64,000 bases of DNA, taken from assembly GCF_054482595.1 (NCBI RefSeq), contig NZ_CM137008.1, one strand, 5' to 3'. The notes beneath the pieces were generated by a model that saw only the letters and a list, made by a program, of their open reading frames with translations, did no database searches and was not told the DNA's origin. Both the position numbers and the translations under genes were made by a program. The stretch's first letter is position 1; the number at the start of each line of letters is the position of its first letter. Of the stretch, positions 47,351 to 58,560 are shown in pieces.

Positions 47351-47839
47351 TTATTGCAACTGGAAGAACCGCCGACTGGTCGAGGGAACGAACAGCAGCA
47401 TCAGGATGAGCATATCCGGCAGCTTCTGCAGCATCAGGCTATGGAAGATTTCACGTTTTGATTCACCGGGAATGCTGAACAGCTCCGGATAACCATACCC
47501 CAGCGAAGCTGCCCACAAGTAACTTGCGGCGGTGATTTGTGTCAGCAGATATAGCCATCGAGCCCAGCGACGCCCTTTCACCAGTGAAAACGCACACCAG
47601 ATCTCAATGAAAACCAGCACCAGACTGCTTAAAAAGACCAGCGTTAAACTCCAGGTTTGTACGCTGCGATGAATGAACTCGCCAATACCGCGCACGCCCA
47701 GCGTATTGAAAATCATCAGCACGTCGAGGCCACGGATCATAATAATGGCGAGCGCCGCCACCTGCACCAGTGCAGGCACATTCAGGCGAGCATGAGATGA
47801 AGATGTTTTCTTAAAAAATCCCAACGTTTCGTCTTCCAT
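47351..47839 (-). CDS. ybjO: Inner-membrane protein YbjO
   Basis: 162-aa membrane ORF at the conserved position. Confidence 0.9.
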   Translation of the reverse strand: MEDETLGFFKKTSSSHARLNVPALVQVAALAIIMIRGLDVLMIFNTLGVRGIGEFIHRSVQTWSLTLVFLSSLVLVFIEIWCAFSLVKGRRWARWLYLLTQITAASYLWAASLGYGYPELFSIPGESKREIFHSLMLQKLPDMLILMLLFVPSTSRRFFQLQ

Positions 47840-47898
47840 GAAAACAATGCCGCGACATGCGCGGCATTATGTAGCCAGGTTGGCAAATTTTAGTGTCT

Positions 47899-48744
47899 TC
47901 AGCCACGTCTTGCACGCTGGATGTCGCGTATCCGCTGTTTTTCTGCGCGAGCCATCAGATACCAGGCGATAAATCCGACAATTCCGACCGCACCAAGGAT
48001 CAATGTTGCCAGGGCGTTGATTTCCGGATTCACCCCCATCCGCACGCTGGAAAAGACCAGCATCGGTAACGTGGTGGCTCCCGGCCCGGATACAAAGCTG
48101 GCGATCACCAGATCATCAAGCGACAAAGTAAAAGCCAGTAACCAGCCAGAAATGATCGCGGGCATGATCATCGGTAGCGTAATGACGAAAAACACTTTCA
48201 GCGGCGTCGCACCGAGATCCATCGCTGCTTCTTCTATCGAGCGATCCAGTTCCCGCAATCTTGAAGAAATAACGACCGCCACATAAGCCGTACAAAAAGT
48301 GACATGCGCCAGCCAGATGGTGAGCATACCGCGGTCCGCAGGCCAGCCAATGGCATGAGCAAGCGCGACGAATAATAACAACAGCGACAAGCCCGTGATG
48401 ACATCTGGCATTACCAGCGGCGCGGTGATCATAAAGGCAAAGCCATTTGATCCGCGAAACCTGCCAAAGCGCACCAGCACCACCGCCGCAATAGTCCCGA
48501 GGATCGCCGCCGCCGTTGCCGCACAGGCAGCAATTGTCAGGCTTAAACCAACCGCACTCATCATCGCGTCATCGCGCAATAACTCACCATACCAGCGCGT
48601 TGACCAGCCGGCCCACACCGTCACCAGCTTCGAGCTGTTAAACGAATAGATAACCAGCATCAGCATTGGCGCGTAGAGAAAGGTAAAGCCCAGCAGCAAA
48701 ATCACAATCCGCCAGGGCGAACGAACTACCGGTAAATTATTCAT
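47899..48744 (-). CDS. potI: Putrescine ABC transporter permease PotI
   Basis: MNNLPVVRSPWRIVILLLGF...; 281 aa; overlaps potH stop. Confidence 0.94.
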   Translation of the reverse strand: MNNLPVVRSPWRIVILLLGFTFLYAPMLMLVIYSFNSSKLVTVWAGWSTRWYGELLRDDAMMSAVGLSLTIAACAATAAAILGTIAAVVLVRFGRFRGSNGFAFMITAPLVMPDVITGLSLLLLFVALAHAIGWPADRGMLTIWLAHVTFCTAYVAVVISSRLRELDRSIEEAAMDLGATPLKVFFVITLPMIMPAIISGWLLAFTLSLDDLVIASFVSGPGATTLPMLVFSSVRMGVNPEINALATLILGAVGIVGFIAWYLMARAEKQRIRDIQRARRG

Positions 48745-49694
48745 CCGTGTTCTCCCACGCTTTTTTGCTGGTGTTTGTGGAACCACATTATCGGCACAAT
48801 TAGCAGCAGCAACATGATGATCGCTACCGCCGAGGCCACCGGCCAGTCGCGGTTGTTAAAGAACTCCTGCCACAGCACGCGCCCGATCATGATGCTGTCC
48901 GGGCCACCGAGCAGTTCCGGGATCACAAACTCGCCCACAGCCGGGATAAACACCAGCATCGATCCGGCAATAATCCCACCTTTAGTCAGCGGCACGATCA
49001 CAGTAAAGAACGTTTTCAGCGGTCGTGCACCGAGATCCAGCGCTGCTTCCACCAGCGAATAATCAATACGAATCAACGCAGTATAAATCGGCAGTACCAT
49101 AAACGGCACGTAAGCGTAAACAATGCCAATATAAACTGCCAGATTGGTATGAAGAATGGTCAGCGGTTGATCGATAACCCCCAGCCACAGCAGAAAATTA
49201 TTCAGCACACCGTTGTTTTTTAATATTCCCATCCAGGCGTAGACACGAATCAGAAACGAGGTCCACGACGGCAGGATCACCAGTAGTAATAAGATATTAC
49301 GGGTCGAAGGCTTACTGTGCGCCACCGCCCACGCCAGCGGATAGCCGATCAGTAAACAGCAAATAGTCGAAATCGCCGCCACCTGTAACGACTGGAGATA
49401 AGCATCAAAATAGAGCGGATCGTCGGTCAGTTGCAGAAAATTACCGAGATTAAGAGTGATGGAAAGTTGCCCCTCAGCCCACTCCATCAGTTCGGTATAA
49501 GGTGGAATAGCGCGCGCCATCTCTGCCAGGCTTATTTTAAAGACAATCAGAAATGGCAGCAGAAACAGCAAGATCAACCAGATATACGGCAACGCAATGA
49601 CCAGTTTGCGCCCATGCTTCATTTGCAACTGCGACAACCACAGCTTAAATCCGCCCGGCGGTTTCGACTGGGCAGCAGGTTCAAGTGTACTCAT
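48741..49694 (-). CDS. potH: Putrescine ABC transporter permease PotH
   Basis: 317-aa membrane ORF in the potFGHI operon. Confidence 0.94.
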   Translation of the reverse strand: MSTLEPAAQSKPPGGFKLWLSQLQMKHGRKLVIALPYIWLILLFLLPFLIVFKISLAEMARAIPPYTELMEWAEGQLSITLNLGNFLQLTDDPLYFDAYLQSLQVAAISTICCLLIGYPLAWAVAHSKPSTRNILLLLVILPSWTSFLIRVYAWMGILKNNGVLNNFLLWLGVIDQPLTILHTNLAVYIGIVYAYVPFMVLPIYTALIRIDYSLVEAALDLGARPLKTFFTVIVPLTKGGIIAGSMLVFIPAVGEFVIPELLGGPDSIMIGRVLWQEFFNNRDWPVASAVAIIMLLLLIVPIMWFHKHQQKSVGEHG

Positions 49695-49703
49695 CTTTGC
49701 TCC

Positions 49704-50837
49704 TTAAACCGTAAGCACCACACAGCTGTCCACTTCCCAGCACAAGCGCACTTCGTCGCCCCAGGTCGGTAACCCTTTACGATGACGATGGGCGTTTTGT
49801 AGCTGGGCGCTGATCATCTGCCCACTTTTCAGACGAACGTGATACACCGAAAGATCGCCGAGATAGGCAATGTGTATCACCTCCCCCACCGCGAAGTTAC
49901 AACCATTGGCGGGCGGCTCTTCGCAAAGCATGATTTTTTCCGGACGCAGCGCTACGTGTACCGGCACGTTATCGACTACTGAAGCATCCGCATCGACTTT
50001 CAGTGGATGCACCAGCCCCGGCGAATAAAGCACCAGACCATCTTCCTGACGCTCTTTGAGTACACCTTCAAAGACATTAACCGAACCGATAAATTCAGCG
50101 CTATAGCGGGTGGTCGGATGCTCGTAGATCTCTTCTGGTTCGCCAATCTGGACAAATTTCCCACGATTCATAATGGCGATGCGCCCCGCCATGGTCATCG
50201 CCTCTTCCTGATCGTGGGTGACCATCACACAAGTCACACCGACGCGCTCCAGAATATCCACCACTTCAAGCTGCATCCGGTCACGCAGCTTTTTATCCAG
50301 CGCGCCCATCGGCTCGTCGAGCAGTAATAGTTTCGGGCGCTTGGCAAGGCTTCGGGCCAGTGCCACACGCTGTCGCTGACCACCGGAAAGCTGATGCGGT
50401 TTGCGTTTGGCGAACTCCTGCATATGCACCAGGCCGAGCATCTCATTGACCCGACTGGCAATTTCCGCTTTCGGTAGTTTGTCCTGTTTCAGGCCAAAAG
50501 CGATGTTCTGTTCCACGGTCATATGCGGAAACAGCGCGTAAGACTGAAACATCATATTGATGGGGCGCAGGTAAGGCGGAACCTGTGACAAATCGACGCC
50601 ATCAAGCATTATCTGTCCGGCAGAAGGTTGTTCGAAACCTGCCAGCATACGCAGCAGCGTGGACTTGCCACAGCCGGATGCGCCCAGCAGCGCGAAGATT
50701 TCACCTTTGTAGATGGTCAGGCTGACATCATCCACCGCATGTTGACCATCGTAGGATTTGGTCAGGTTGCGGATTTCTAATAGCGGCGTCAGCGCCTTAC
50801 GGGTTTTCGCCTGCGGGCGAGGGATAGCGTCATTCAC
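49704..50837 (-). CDS. potG: Putrescine ABC transporter ATP-binding protein PotG
   Basis: NBD motifs GASGCGKSTLL and LSGGQRQR; start placed at the GTG that gives the known 377-aa protein (ORF track extends upstream). Confidence 0.92.
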   Translation of the reverse strand: MNDAIPRPQAKTRKALTPLLEIRNLTKSYDGQHAVDDVSLTIYKGEIFALLGASGCGKSTLLRMLAGFEQPSAGQIMLDGVDLSQVPPYLRPINMMFQSYALFPHMTVEQNIAFGLKQDKLPKAEIASRVNEMLGLVHMQEFAKRKPHQLSGGQRQRVALARSLAKRPKLLLLDEPMGALDKKLRDRMQLEVVDILERVGVTCVMVTHDQEEAMTMAGRIAIMNRGKFVQIGEPEEIYEHPTTRYSAEFIGSVNVFEGVLKERQEDGLVLYSPGLVHPLKVDADASVVDNVPVHVALRPEKIMLCEEPPANGCNFAVGEVIHIAYLGDLSVYHVRLKSGQMISAQLQNAHRHRKGLPTWGDEVRLCWEVDSCVVLTV

Positions 50838-50931
50838 GGCTGCTCTCCGGCATTGAATGTGTGCAAGCGCACCATGATGGTGCGAATTGCCGGCGGGTGT
50901 GGTGCGCCCGTCCGGCATCTACGACTGCGGA

Positions 50932-52044
50932 TTATTTTCCGCTCTTCACTTTGGTCCACGCGCGGGTGCGCACACGGTCGATTTTCGGATCCTGTACTTT
51001 CAGAGTGAACAACTTCGCGCGGACATCCGCAGGCGGATAAATACCCGGGTTATCACGGACTTCCGCACTTACCAGCGGCGTGGCTGCTTTATTGGCGTTA
51101 GCATAGAACACATGGTCAGAGATATGTGCCACCACATCAGGACGCAGCAGGTAATTCAGGAACTGATAGGCTTCGTCTTTATTTTTGGCATCCGCAGGCA
51201 TGGCGAATACATCAAAGAACGCCATCGCCCCTTCTTTTGGAATCGAGAACGAGACATTCACGCCATTCTTCGCTTCCTTCGCGCGGTTTGACGCCTGCCA
51301 GACATCACCTGCCCAGCCGATAGCGACGCAAATATCGCCGTTTGCCAGGTCGTTAATGTATTGAGATGAATGGAAATAACGAATGTTCGGGCGCAGCTTT
51401 AACAGCAGATCGGTAGCCGGTCCGGTGTAATCATCCGCTTTAGTGCTGTTGGGATCTTTGCCGAGATAATTCAGCACGGTAGCAAAAACTTCTTCTGGCG
51501 CATCGAGGAAAGATACACCGCAGCTTTTCAGTTTTTCCAGATTTTCAGGCTTGAGGATCAAGTCCCAGCTATCGACGGGCGCGTTTTCGCCCAGCACCGC
51601 TTTGACTTTATCGACGTTATAGCCAATCCCGGTCGTCGCCCACATATAGGGCATAGCAAATTTATTGTCGGGATCGTGTTTGGCGACCAACTTCAGCAGT
51701 TCCGGGTCGAGATTCTTCCACTCCGGCAATTTGCTTTTATCCAGCGGCTGGAAAACTCCCGCTGTCAGCTGGCGTTCAAGAAAGCTTGCTGACGGCACCA
51801 CCAGGTCAAAGCCGGTGCTCCCGGCCATTAATTTGCCTTCCAGTACTTCGTTAGAGTCGAAAACATCGTAGACGACTTTAATACCGGTTTCTTTTTCAAA
51901 GTTAGCCACCGTGTCGGGGGCGATATAATCAGACCAGTTATAAATGTGGAGTGTTTTTTGTTCAGCCGCGAGCGTGCCGACAGAGACGGCCATCAGAGCA
52001 CCCGCAACCAGACCCGAAAGCCATTTTTTATTTAAGGCGGTCAT
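50932..52044 (-). CDS. potF: Putrescine-binding periplasmic protein PotF
   Basis: MTALNKKWLSGLVAGALMAVSVGTLAAEQKTLHIYNW...; 370 aa after trimming the ORF-track extension. Confidence 0.95.
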   Translation of the reverse strand: MTALNKKWLSGLVAGALMAVSVGTLAAEQKTLHIYNWSDYIAPDTVANFEKETGIKVVYDVFDSNEVLEGKLMAGSTGFDLVVPSASFLERQLTAGVFQPLDKSKLPEWKNLDPELLKLVAKHDPDNKFAMPYMWATTGIGYNVDKVKAVLGENAPVDSWDLILKPENLEKLKSCGVSFLDAPEEVFATVLNYLGKDPNSTKADDYTGPATDLLLKLRPNIRYFHSSQYINDLANGDICVAIGWAGDVWQASNRAKEAKNGVNVSFSIPKEGAMAFFDVFAMPADAKNKDEAYQFLNYLLRPDVVAHISDHVFYANANKAATPLVSAEVRDNPGIYPPADVRAKLFTLKVQDPKIDRVRTRAWTKVKSGK

Positions 52045-52394
52045 ATCTCTTTCCTTCTGAAAGTTCGTTAACAAACGAACAAAAGTTGTCACACTGAAAG
52101 ATATGCAATAAACGTGCATATTTTTTATCGGCGCGGTGTAAGAAAAGAGAACTCTCTCCCGGCCAGCACTGCTCGCTATATAAAAGCATCGCAAGAATAA
52201 CTTTAGCCAGGGTTTGAGACTATAGCTCGGATTAAAAAACGGTATTTAACAAATTTTTATGCGTATTTGCTCTATGTGATAAAGCCAAATCGACACAAGA
52301 TAAGTGAAATAATCTTTAAGAAAAGGTTAAAAACAGCAGATAATTTTGCAGCGCGCAGTCACTGCGGCAGCGACTGCGTGCTCGAAAGGAGTTA

Positions 52395-52871
52395 TCAGTG
52401 GAGGAAATAGTTTTCAGTAACGTTGTTTTGCCCTTCATCGTCAGTCGGTAACAGCAGTTGATGGGCATTAGCTTCAAGAATGACCATCGAAATCTGCTCT
52501 TCGCTCTGACGCACGAACCATGCAAACTGCTCATAGGTTACGCCCTGCATAACGGATAAAGACTGGCAAACCACCAGCTTTGGCAGATTATCATCCTGCA
52601 TATCAAGAAATGCCTTCACGGTCAGCGAACTGGCATTGATGGCAGATAAATCCGCCGCCAGCGGCAATACGGCTGAAGGTCGGACTTCCGCCATGGCAGA
52701 AAACAGGATCGTGTTATCGATCAGATCGATTTTGGCATCAAAGACACCGTCGAAATTCTGCATATGGGGCAGATGCAGAGCCTGACAGTTATCACATTCA
52801 AAAAAACTCATCCCCAGGTCATCGAGCCATTGACGCAGCGTATCCAGACCAGGAACGACCAGCGATGTCAT
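52395..52871 (-). CDS. ybjN: YbjN (putative sensory transduction regulator family)
   Basis: MTSLVVPGLDTLRQWLDDLGMSFFECDNCQALHLPHMQNF...; 158 aa. Confidence 0.92.
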   Translation of the reverse strand: MTSLVVPGLDTLRQWLDDLGMSFFECDNCQALHLPHMQNFDGVFDAKIDLIDNTILFSAMAEVRPSAVLPLAADLSAINASSLTVKAFLDMQDDNLPKLVVCQSLSVMQGVTYEQFAWFVRQSEEQISMVILEANAHQLLLPTDDEGQNNVTENYFLH

Positions 52872-52958
52872 AATTTTGTACAACCTCTTTCGATAAAAAG
52901 ACCGACACAGCTTACGCAAAAAGCGCAGGCAAAACTATGATCAGTAATGTGATTGCGA

Positions 52959-53861
52959 CTAACCACCCGTTTTCAGGCAATATTCCGTCGTAGCGTGGCG
53001 TTCGATCCAGCGGATCATTTTACCCGCGATGTCGATACCGGTGGTTTTTTCTATTCCTTCCAGTCCCGGCGACGCATTCACCTCCATCACCAATGGCCCG
53101 CGATTAGCACGCAAAATATCCACACCAGCAACGTCCAGCGCCATCGTTCGCGCGGCTTTTATCGCGATTTCACGCTCCTGTGGTGTGATACTGGCGACGC
53201 TTGCCGCGCCGCCACGATGCAAATTGGAACGAAAATCGCCCTCTTTCGCCCGCCGTTCAATCGCAGCGACCACTTCATCGCCAACAACCAGACAGCGGAT
53301 ATCGCACCCTTGCGCCTCTTTGATATATTCCTGCACCAGAATATGCGCGTTCAGACCGCGGAAAGCGTCAATCACGCTTTCCGCCGCCTGACGCGTCTCC
53401 GCCAGCACGACGCCAATTCCCTGCGTGCCTTCAACCAACTTGACCACCAGCGGCGCACCACCGACCATGTCGATTAAATCGCTGGTATCATCCGGCGAAT
53501 GCGCAATGCCCGTGACAGGCAGGTCGATGCCCTGACGCGCCAGCAGTTGCATGGAACGCAATTTGTCACGCGCCCGGGCAATGGCGACCGACTCATTGAG
53601 CGGATAGCTCCCCAGCATCTCGAACTGGCGCAGTGCCGCCGTCCCATAAAAGGTAATGGCGGTGCCAATACGCGGGATCACTGCGTCAAAATGGGGTAAC
53701 TTGCGGCCTTTGTAGTGAATAGAAGACGCCGCAGGATTTATGTTCATGTAGCAAGAAAGCGGATCAAGAATTTCAACCAGGTGACCGCGCTGTATAGCGG
53801 CTTCACGCAGCCGCTTACACGAATAGAGCGTTCCATCCCGGGACAATATGGCAATTTTCAC
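52959..53861 (-). CDS. rimK: Ribosomal protein S6 glutamyl ligase RimK (ATP-grasp)
   Basis: 300-aa [38 protein letters not shown]... Confidence 0.95.
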   Translation of the reverse strand: MKIAILSRDGTLYSCKRLREAAIQRGHLVEILDPLSCYMNINPAASSIHYKGRKLPHFDAVIPRIGTAITFYGTAALRQFEMLGSYPLNESVAIARARDKLRSMQLLARQGIDLPVTGIAHSPDDTSDLIDMVGGAPLVVKLVEGTQGIGVVLAETRQAAESVIDAFRGLNAHILVQEYIKEAQGCDIRCLVVGDEVVAAIERRAKEGDFRSNLHRGGAASVASITPQEREIAIKAARTMALDVAGVDILRANRGPLVMEVNASPGLEGIEKTTGIDIAGKMIRWIERHATTEYCLKTGG

Positions 53862-53921
53862 CCTGCACCTCTCTGTCAGACCTGGTCAAAAGCCCGCGTA
53901 TCATACATCGACGTGGCGGTT

Positions 53922-54644
53922 TTAGCGCGTCGCCCAACCCTGTTTGTGCAAATAATCCAGAATAAATGGGCGGCTTTCTTTAATGATTGTTCGGCGGATA
54001 TGATCGCTCCAGGTATCCCGGCGATTATTGCTGCCACGGGTGAGGTAATATTCCGCCAGTTGCTCGTCATACTGCGCCAGTGCGTCTTTATCCAGCGGTT
54101 GATAGCTGTTTTCATGCACCAAAATGGAGGCCGGTAAACGCGGCTTGAGATCCGGATTATCCGCAGGCCAGCCAAGGCACAGCCCAAACAGCGGCAGAAC
54201 ATGCTGCGGTAATTTCAGCAGTTTCGTCACCGCTTCAATATTATTGCGCAGGCCGCCGATATATACGCCGCCCAATCCCAGCGATTCCGCTGCGGTTAAT
54301 GCATTCTGCGCCATCATTGCCGTATCAACGACACCGAGCAACAGCTGTTCCGCCAGGCCGAGCTGAGCATCCGGACAGATCTGTAAATGGCGGTTAAAGT
54401 CGGCACAGAACACCCAGAACTCCGCCGCTTGCGCTACGTGTTTTTGCCCGCCGGTCAGCGTCACCAGTTCTTCACGTAATGCTTTGTCGGTAATGCGAAT
54501 AATGCTACTACACTGCAAAAAACTGGAACTGGACGTCGCACGGGCGCTGTTAATAATCGCCTCACGCTGCGCTTCGGAAATGGGTTCATCAGTGAAATGG
54601 CGAATGGAGCGATGGCCACAAATAAGTTCAATGGTTGGCGTCAT
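53922..54644 (-). CDS. nfsA: Oxygen-insensitive NADPH nitroreductase NfsA
   Basis: 240-aa ORF MTPTIELICGHRSIRHFTDEPISEAQREAIINSARATSSSS... Confidence 0.95.
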   Translation of the reverse strand: MTPTIELICGHRSIRHFTDEPISEAQREAIINSARATSSSSFLQCSSIIRITDKALREELVTLTGGQKHVAQAAEFWVFCADFNRHLQICPDAQLGLAEQLLLGVVDTAMMAQNALTAAESLGLGGVYIGGLRNNIEAVTKLLKLPQHVLPLFGLCLGWPADNPDLKPRLPASILVHENSYQPLDKDALAQYDEQLAEYYLTRGSNNRRDTWSDHIRRTIIKESRPFILDYLHKQGWATR

Positions 54645-54897
54645 TATCTTTTTCTCTTTCTGAACGTGAATATTGCGGTGGACGGTTCATCAGCTGTGGG
54701 GCAAGACGTTTTGCCACCTGAAGAATAACCACCACCGCAGCGGGAAGCATGAGCAAAACACCGAGAAAAATCATCAGAATCTGCACTTCTGGCCGAGAAA
54801 ATGGCTCAGGCAGCGACAGCAGCGCCACCGCCAGCAACATCATTCCGATAAATTCCAGTATCAACACGCTTTTAGGCAATTTACCGATCGCGCGCAT
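54628..54897 (-). CDS. ybjC: Small membrane protein YbjC
   Basis: 89-aa ORF upstream of and overlapping nfsA; true start may lie a few codons upstream at a non-ATG codon. Confidence 0.75.
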   Translation of the reverse strand: MRAIGKLPKSVLILEFIGMMLLAVALLSLPEPFSRPEVQILMIFLGVLLMLPAAVVVILQVAKRLAPQLMNRPPQYSRSEREKDNDANH

Positions 54898-55056
54898 ACG
54901 CTTCCCTCTGCAAAGTGAGCCTTCAGTCTAAAACTTTTCACTGTATTGTGTTTAACAGTTATAGCTTTTAGCAATTAATGCAACAGGTTAAACCTACTTT
55001 CAGCGAATACATTTTAGCGTGATCATTACAGGCATAAATCTATGAGGAGAGAAATA

Positions 55057-55314
55057 ATGCAAACCGTTATTTTTGGTCGTCCGGGTTGCCCTTACTGTGT
55101 GCGTGCAAAAGATCTGGCTGAGAAATTGAGCAATGAACGCGATGATTTTCAGTATCAGTATGTAGATATTCGTGCGGAAGGGATCACTAAAGAAGATCTA
55201 CAACAAAAGGCAGGTAAACCCGTAGAAACCGTGCCGCAGATTTTTGTCGATCAGCAACATATCGGCGGCTATACCGATTTTGCTGCATGGGTGAAAGAAA
55301 ATCTGGACGCCTGA
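55057..55314 (+). CDS. grxA: Glutaredoxin 1
   Basis: MQTVIFGRPGCPYCVRAKDLAEKL... CPYC active site; 85 aa. Confidence 0.96.
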   Translation: MQTVIFGRPGCPYCVRAKDLAEKLSNERDDFQYQYVDIRAEGITKEDLQQKAGKPVETVPQIFVDQQHIGGYTDFAAWVKENLDA

Positions 55315-55343
55315 TCGTCTGACAAGCCCTCGCGTTGAGGGCT

Positions 55344-55721
55344 TTACTGATTTTTTCTGTGCTGTGGTTTAAACAAACTACTGATAAATAAGAAACACAG
55401 TGCCCCCAGCGCACACCAGAACACCGCGCTTAGTAACCATGCCAGCTCTTGCCAGAATGAGCGGGTCGGTGAAAAAAACAGCCGCATAATAAGCATTGAA
55501 CAGGGTGCCGCCAGCATTGCGCCAAATAGAGGTTTCAGGACTTCTCTACGCTGTGAAAAGAAACTGGCAACTGCTCCAGGAAGAATGAAAAACAGCAAGC
55601 CGATTTCAGGATGCCCGGCAGCCCGAAAAGCGCCTTTCATGTGCGTCGCCAGAAAAAGGCACACCACAATGAAGAGGACAAAACAGCAGATTGCCCCCGC
55701 CCAACGTTGTTTATGTTTCAC
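55344..55721 (-). CDS. ybjM: Inner-membrane protein YbjM
   Basis: 125-aa membrane ORF at the conserved position. Confidence 0.9.
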   Translation of the reverse strand: MKHKQRWAGAICCFVLFIVVCLFLATHMKGAFRAAGHPEIGLLFFILPGAVASFFSQRREVLKPLFGAMLAAPCSMLIMRLFFSPTRSFWQELAWLLSAVFWCALGALCFLFISSLFKPQHRKNQ

Positions 55722-55990
55722 TCGTTCCTCCTGACACTGCGTCTATCGAACACATTTTTCGCCAGTGTGGCGTTCAGTAAGATAAAGCCGCTTCGCATTC
55801 CATGCTAATATAGGCCAACGCAATTCATATAGCCGTTGATACCTAATGTGATTACACTAGTAAAATATATTGTTACTTTACTATCGTTTAGGTGCGCTGA
55901 ATGAATCTGCGCCCTGAATTCTGGTAAAAAACATTATCGTAAATTACCATTTCTTTCAACAGCTTACTAGTAAACAAGAAGTTAGCCTCC

Positions 55991-57676
55991 GTGAATATAA
56001 ACGTCGCCGAATTGTTAAATGGGAATTACATTCTGTTATTATTTGTGGTCCTCGCGCTTGGGCTATGTCTCGGAAAGTTACGACTTGGTTCGATCCAACT
56101 GGGTAATTCCATTGGCGTTTTAGTCGTATCGCTGTTATTAGGCCAACAACATTTCAGCATTAACACCGATGCGCTTAATCTTGGCTTTATGCTGTTTATT
56201 TTCTGCGTCGGGGTCGAAGCCGGACCGAACTTTTTTTCCATTTTTTTTCGCGATGGGAAAAATTACCTAATGTTAGCACTGGTGATGGTTGGCAGTGCGC
56301 TGGTGATCGCCTTAGGGTTAGGTAAGCTGTTTGGCTGGGATATTGGCCTGACGGCCGGTATGTTAGCAGGCTCTATGACGTCGACACCGGTTCTGGTCGG
56401 TGCTGGCGATACACTGCGTCATTCCGGCATGGAAAGCAGGCAGCTCTCACTGGCACTGGATAATCTGAGCCTCGGATATGCCTTAACCTATTTAATCGGT
56501 CTGGTGAGTTTGATTGTTGGTGCGCGTTACTTGCCGAAATTGCAGCATCAGGACTTACAGACCAGCGCCCAGCAAATCGCCCGCGAACGTGGCCTGGACA
56601 CTGATGCCAACCGTAAGGTTTATTTACCGGTGATCCGCGCCTATCGCGTCGGCCCGGAGCTGGTGGCCTGGACCGACGGCAAAAATCTGCGTGAACTGGG
56701 TATTTATCGACAAACCGGCTGCTACATTGAACGTATTCGACGTAACGGGATTCTGGCAAATCCAGACGGTGATGCCGTGCTACAAATGGGCGATGAAATA
56801 GCGTTGGTAGGCTATCCCGACGCCCATGCCCGACTCGATCCCAGCTTCCGTAACGGCAAAGAAGTTTTCGATCGTGACCTTCTCGACATGCGTATCGTCA
56901 CTGAAGAAGTGGTCGTTAAAAACCATAACGCCGTTGGCAAACGTCTCGCACAACTGAAGTTGACCGATCACGGTTGCTTCCTTAACCGCGTTATTCGTAG
57001 CCAGATTGAGATGCCGATAGATGACAACGTCGTGCTTAACAAAGGTGACGTTTTACAAGTCAGCGGCGATGCCCGCCGCGTAAAAACCATCGCCGATCGC
57101 ATCGGCTTTATCTCGATTCACAGCCAGGTCACTGACTTGCTGGCATTCTGCGCCTTCTTTGTTATTGGGCTGATGATCGGGATGATCACATTCCAGTTCA
57201 GCACATTCAGTTTCGGCATGGGGAACGCTGCCGGGTTGTTATTCGCCGGAATTATGCTGGGCTTTATGCGTGCTAACCACCCGACCTTCGGTTACATTCC
57301 GCAGGGTGCATTAAGCATGGTGAAAGAGTTCGGCTTAATGGTGTTTATGGCAGGCGTTGGTCTGAGCGCCGGTAGCGGTATTAATAACGGTCTGGGCGCG
57401 ATTGGCGGTCAGATGTTGATTGCCGGATTGATTGTCAGTCTTGTGCCCGTGGTTATCTGTTTCTTGTTCGGTGCTTATGTATTGCGAATGAACCGCGCAC
57501 TGTTGTTCGGCGCAATGATGGGCGCACGCACCTGCGCGCCGGCAATGGAGATCATCAGTGATACAGCTCGCAGTAACATCCCGGCGCTGGGCTATGCGGG
57601 CACCTACGCAATCGCCAACGTCCTGCTGACGCTGGCAGGGACAATCATCGTCATGGTATGGCCAGGATTAGGATAA
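55991..57676 (+). CDS. ybjL: Putative AAE-family transporter YbjL (with TrkA-C domains)
   Basis: 561-aa [41 protein letters not shown]... Confidence 0.93.
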
Positions 57677-57718
57677 AACTGAAGTTGCCCTGAAAATGAA
57701 ATTTTTTTGCACAACCGC

Positions 57719-57752
57719 AGAACTTTTCCGCAGGGCATCAGTCTTAATTAGT
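57719..57752 (+). promoter_or_regulatory. Sigma-E-type promoter of rybB
   Basis: -35-like aGAACTT and -10-like TCTTA with about 16-bp spacing, ending 6-7 nt before the RybB 5' end; RybB is a known sigma-E regulon member. Confidence 0.6.
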
Positions 57753-57831
57753 GCCACTGCTTTTCTTTGATGTCCCCATTTTGTGGAGCCCATCAACCCC
57801 GCCATTTCGGTTCAAGGTTGGTGGGTTTTTT
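57753..57831 (+). ncRNA. rybB: Hfq-dependent small RNA RybB
   Basis: GCCACTGCTTTTCTTTGATGTCCCCATTTTGTGGAGCCCATCAACCCCGCCATTTCGGTTCAAGGTTGGTGGGTTTTTT: recalled RybB sequence with 5' seed GCCACUGC and terminal hairpin plus U-tail; located beside ybjL as in K-12. Confidence 0.9.
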
Positions 57832-58008
57832 GTTATCTAAATCCCCAAAATCTCCATTCTCTCCCCTGTCCAAAGCCTTATCTGACTGTCCTCTCTTCCA
57901 GAAAATCATTCTTTTTCGTACAAAGAACAAATAGTTATTGAGAAGCTTATTTAAAAACCTGAACAAAATCGGTAATATTCCTGGCTTTGCAATACACAGA
58001 TTTTTTAT

Positions 58009-58560
58009 ATGGATATTAACGAGCTAAAAGAGTGCCTTCATCTGGAAGTCATTGGTAAAAGTAGGAAATTCACATGGCGTAAAGTCATTGTAAGGGCGAT
58101 GAAACATCGGCGCGTTCGTTACTTATTCTGGTGGCGTATCGCTAAATACGGCCATGAGAAAGGTGGTTACTGGCGGAAAATTGCTGGCAAAATTGAGCGA
58201 AAAATCCTTGATAGTTATGACGTTAAAATCCCATTAGTCGTTGATATAGGCAAAGGGTTGGATATTTCATACTTAACGGGAGTTGTTATCGGTCATAACG
58301 TAAAAATTGGTGAGAATTGTTCCATCAAACCCGGCGTAACCATCGGCCTACGTGGCCATTTTGACGAAATGGATATACAGATTGGCAACAATGTCACCAT
58401 TGGTTGCAACGCCTCCATTCTGGGCGGCAAAGTCTATATTGGAGATAACGTCACGATAGGTGCACATGCATTGGTTTTGCATGATATCCCAGAAAACTCC
58501 ATTTTTATCAATAAAATAGAATACGAGATTATCCCGAAAAAAGTTATAGCCGAAATGTGA
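58009..58560 (+). CDS. Hexapeptide-repeat (left-handed beta-helix) O-acetyltransferase, WcaB/CysE-like
   Basis: 183-aa ORF with tandem hexapeptide motifs (IGHNVKIGENCSI, VTIGLRG, IQIGNNVTIGCNASILGGKVYIGDNVTIGAHALV) after a basic helical N-terminus; visibly AT-rich; not expected between rybB and rcdA in K-12. Weak ribosome-binding site, so start uncertain. Confidence 0.7.
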   Translation: MDINELKECLHLEVIGKSRKFTWRKVIVRAMKHRRVRYLFWWRIAKYGHEKGGYWRKIAGKIERKILDSYDVKIPLVVDIGKGLDISYLTGVVIGHNVKIGENCSIKPGVTIGLRGHFDEMDIQIGNNVTIGCNASILGGKVYIGDNVTIGAHALVLHDIPENSIFINKIEYEIIPKKVIAEM

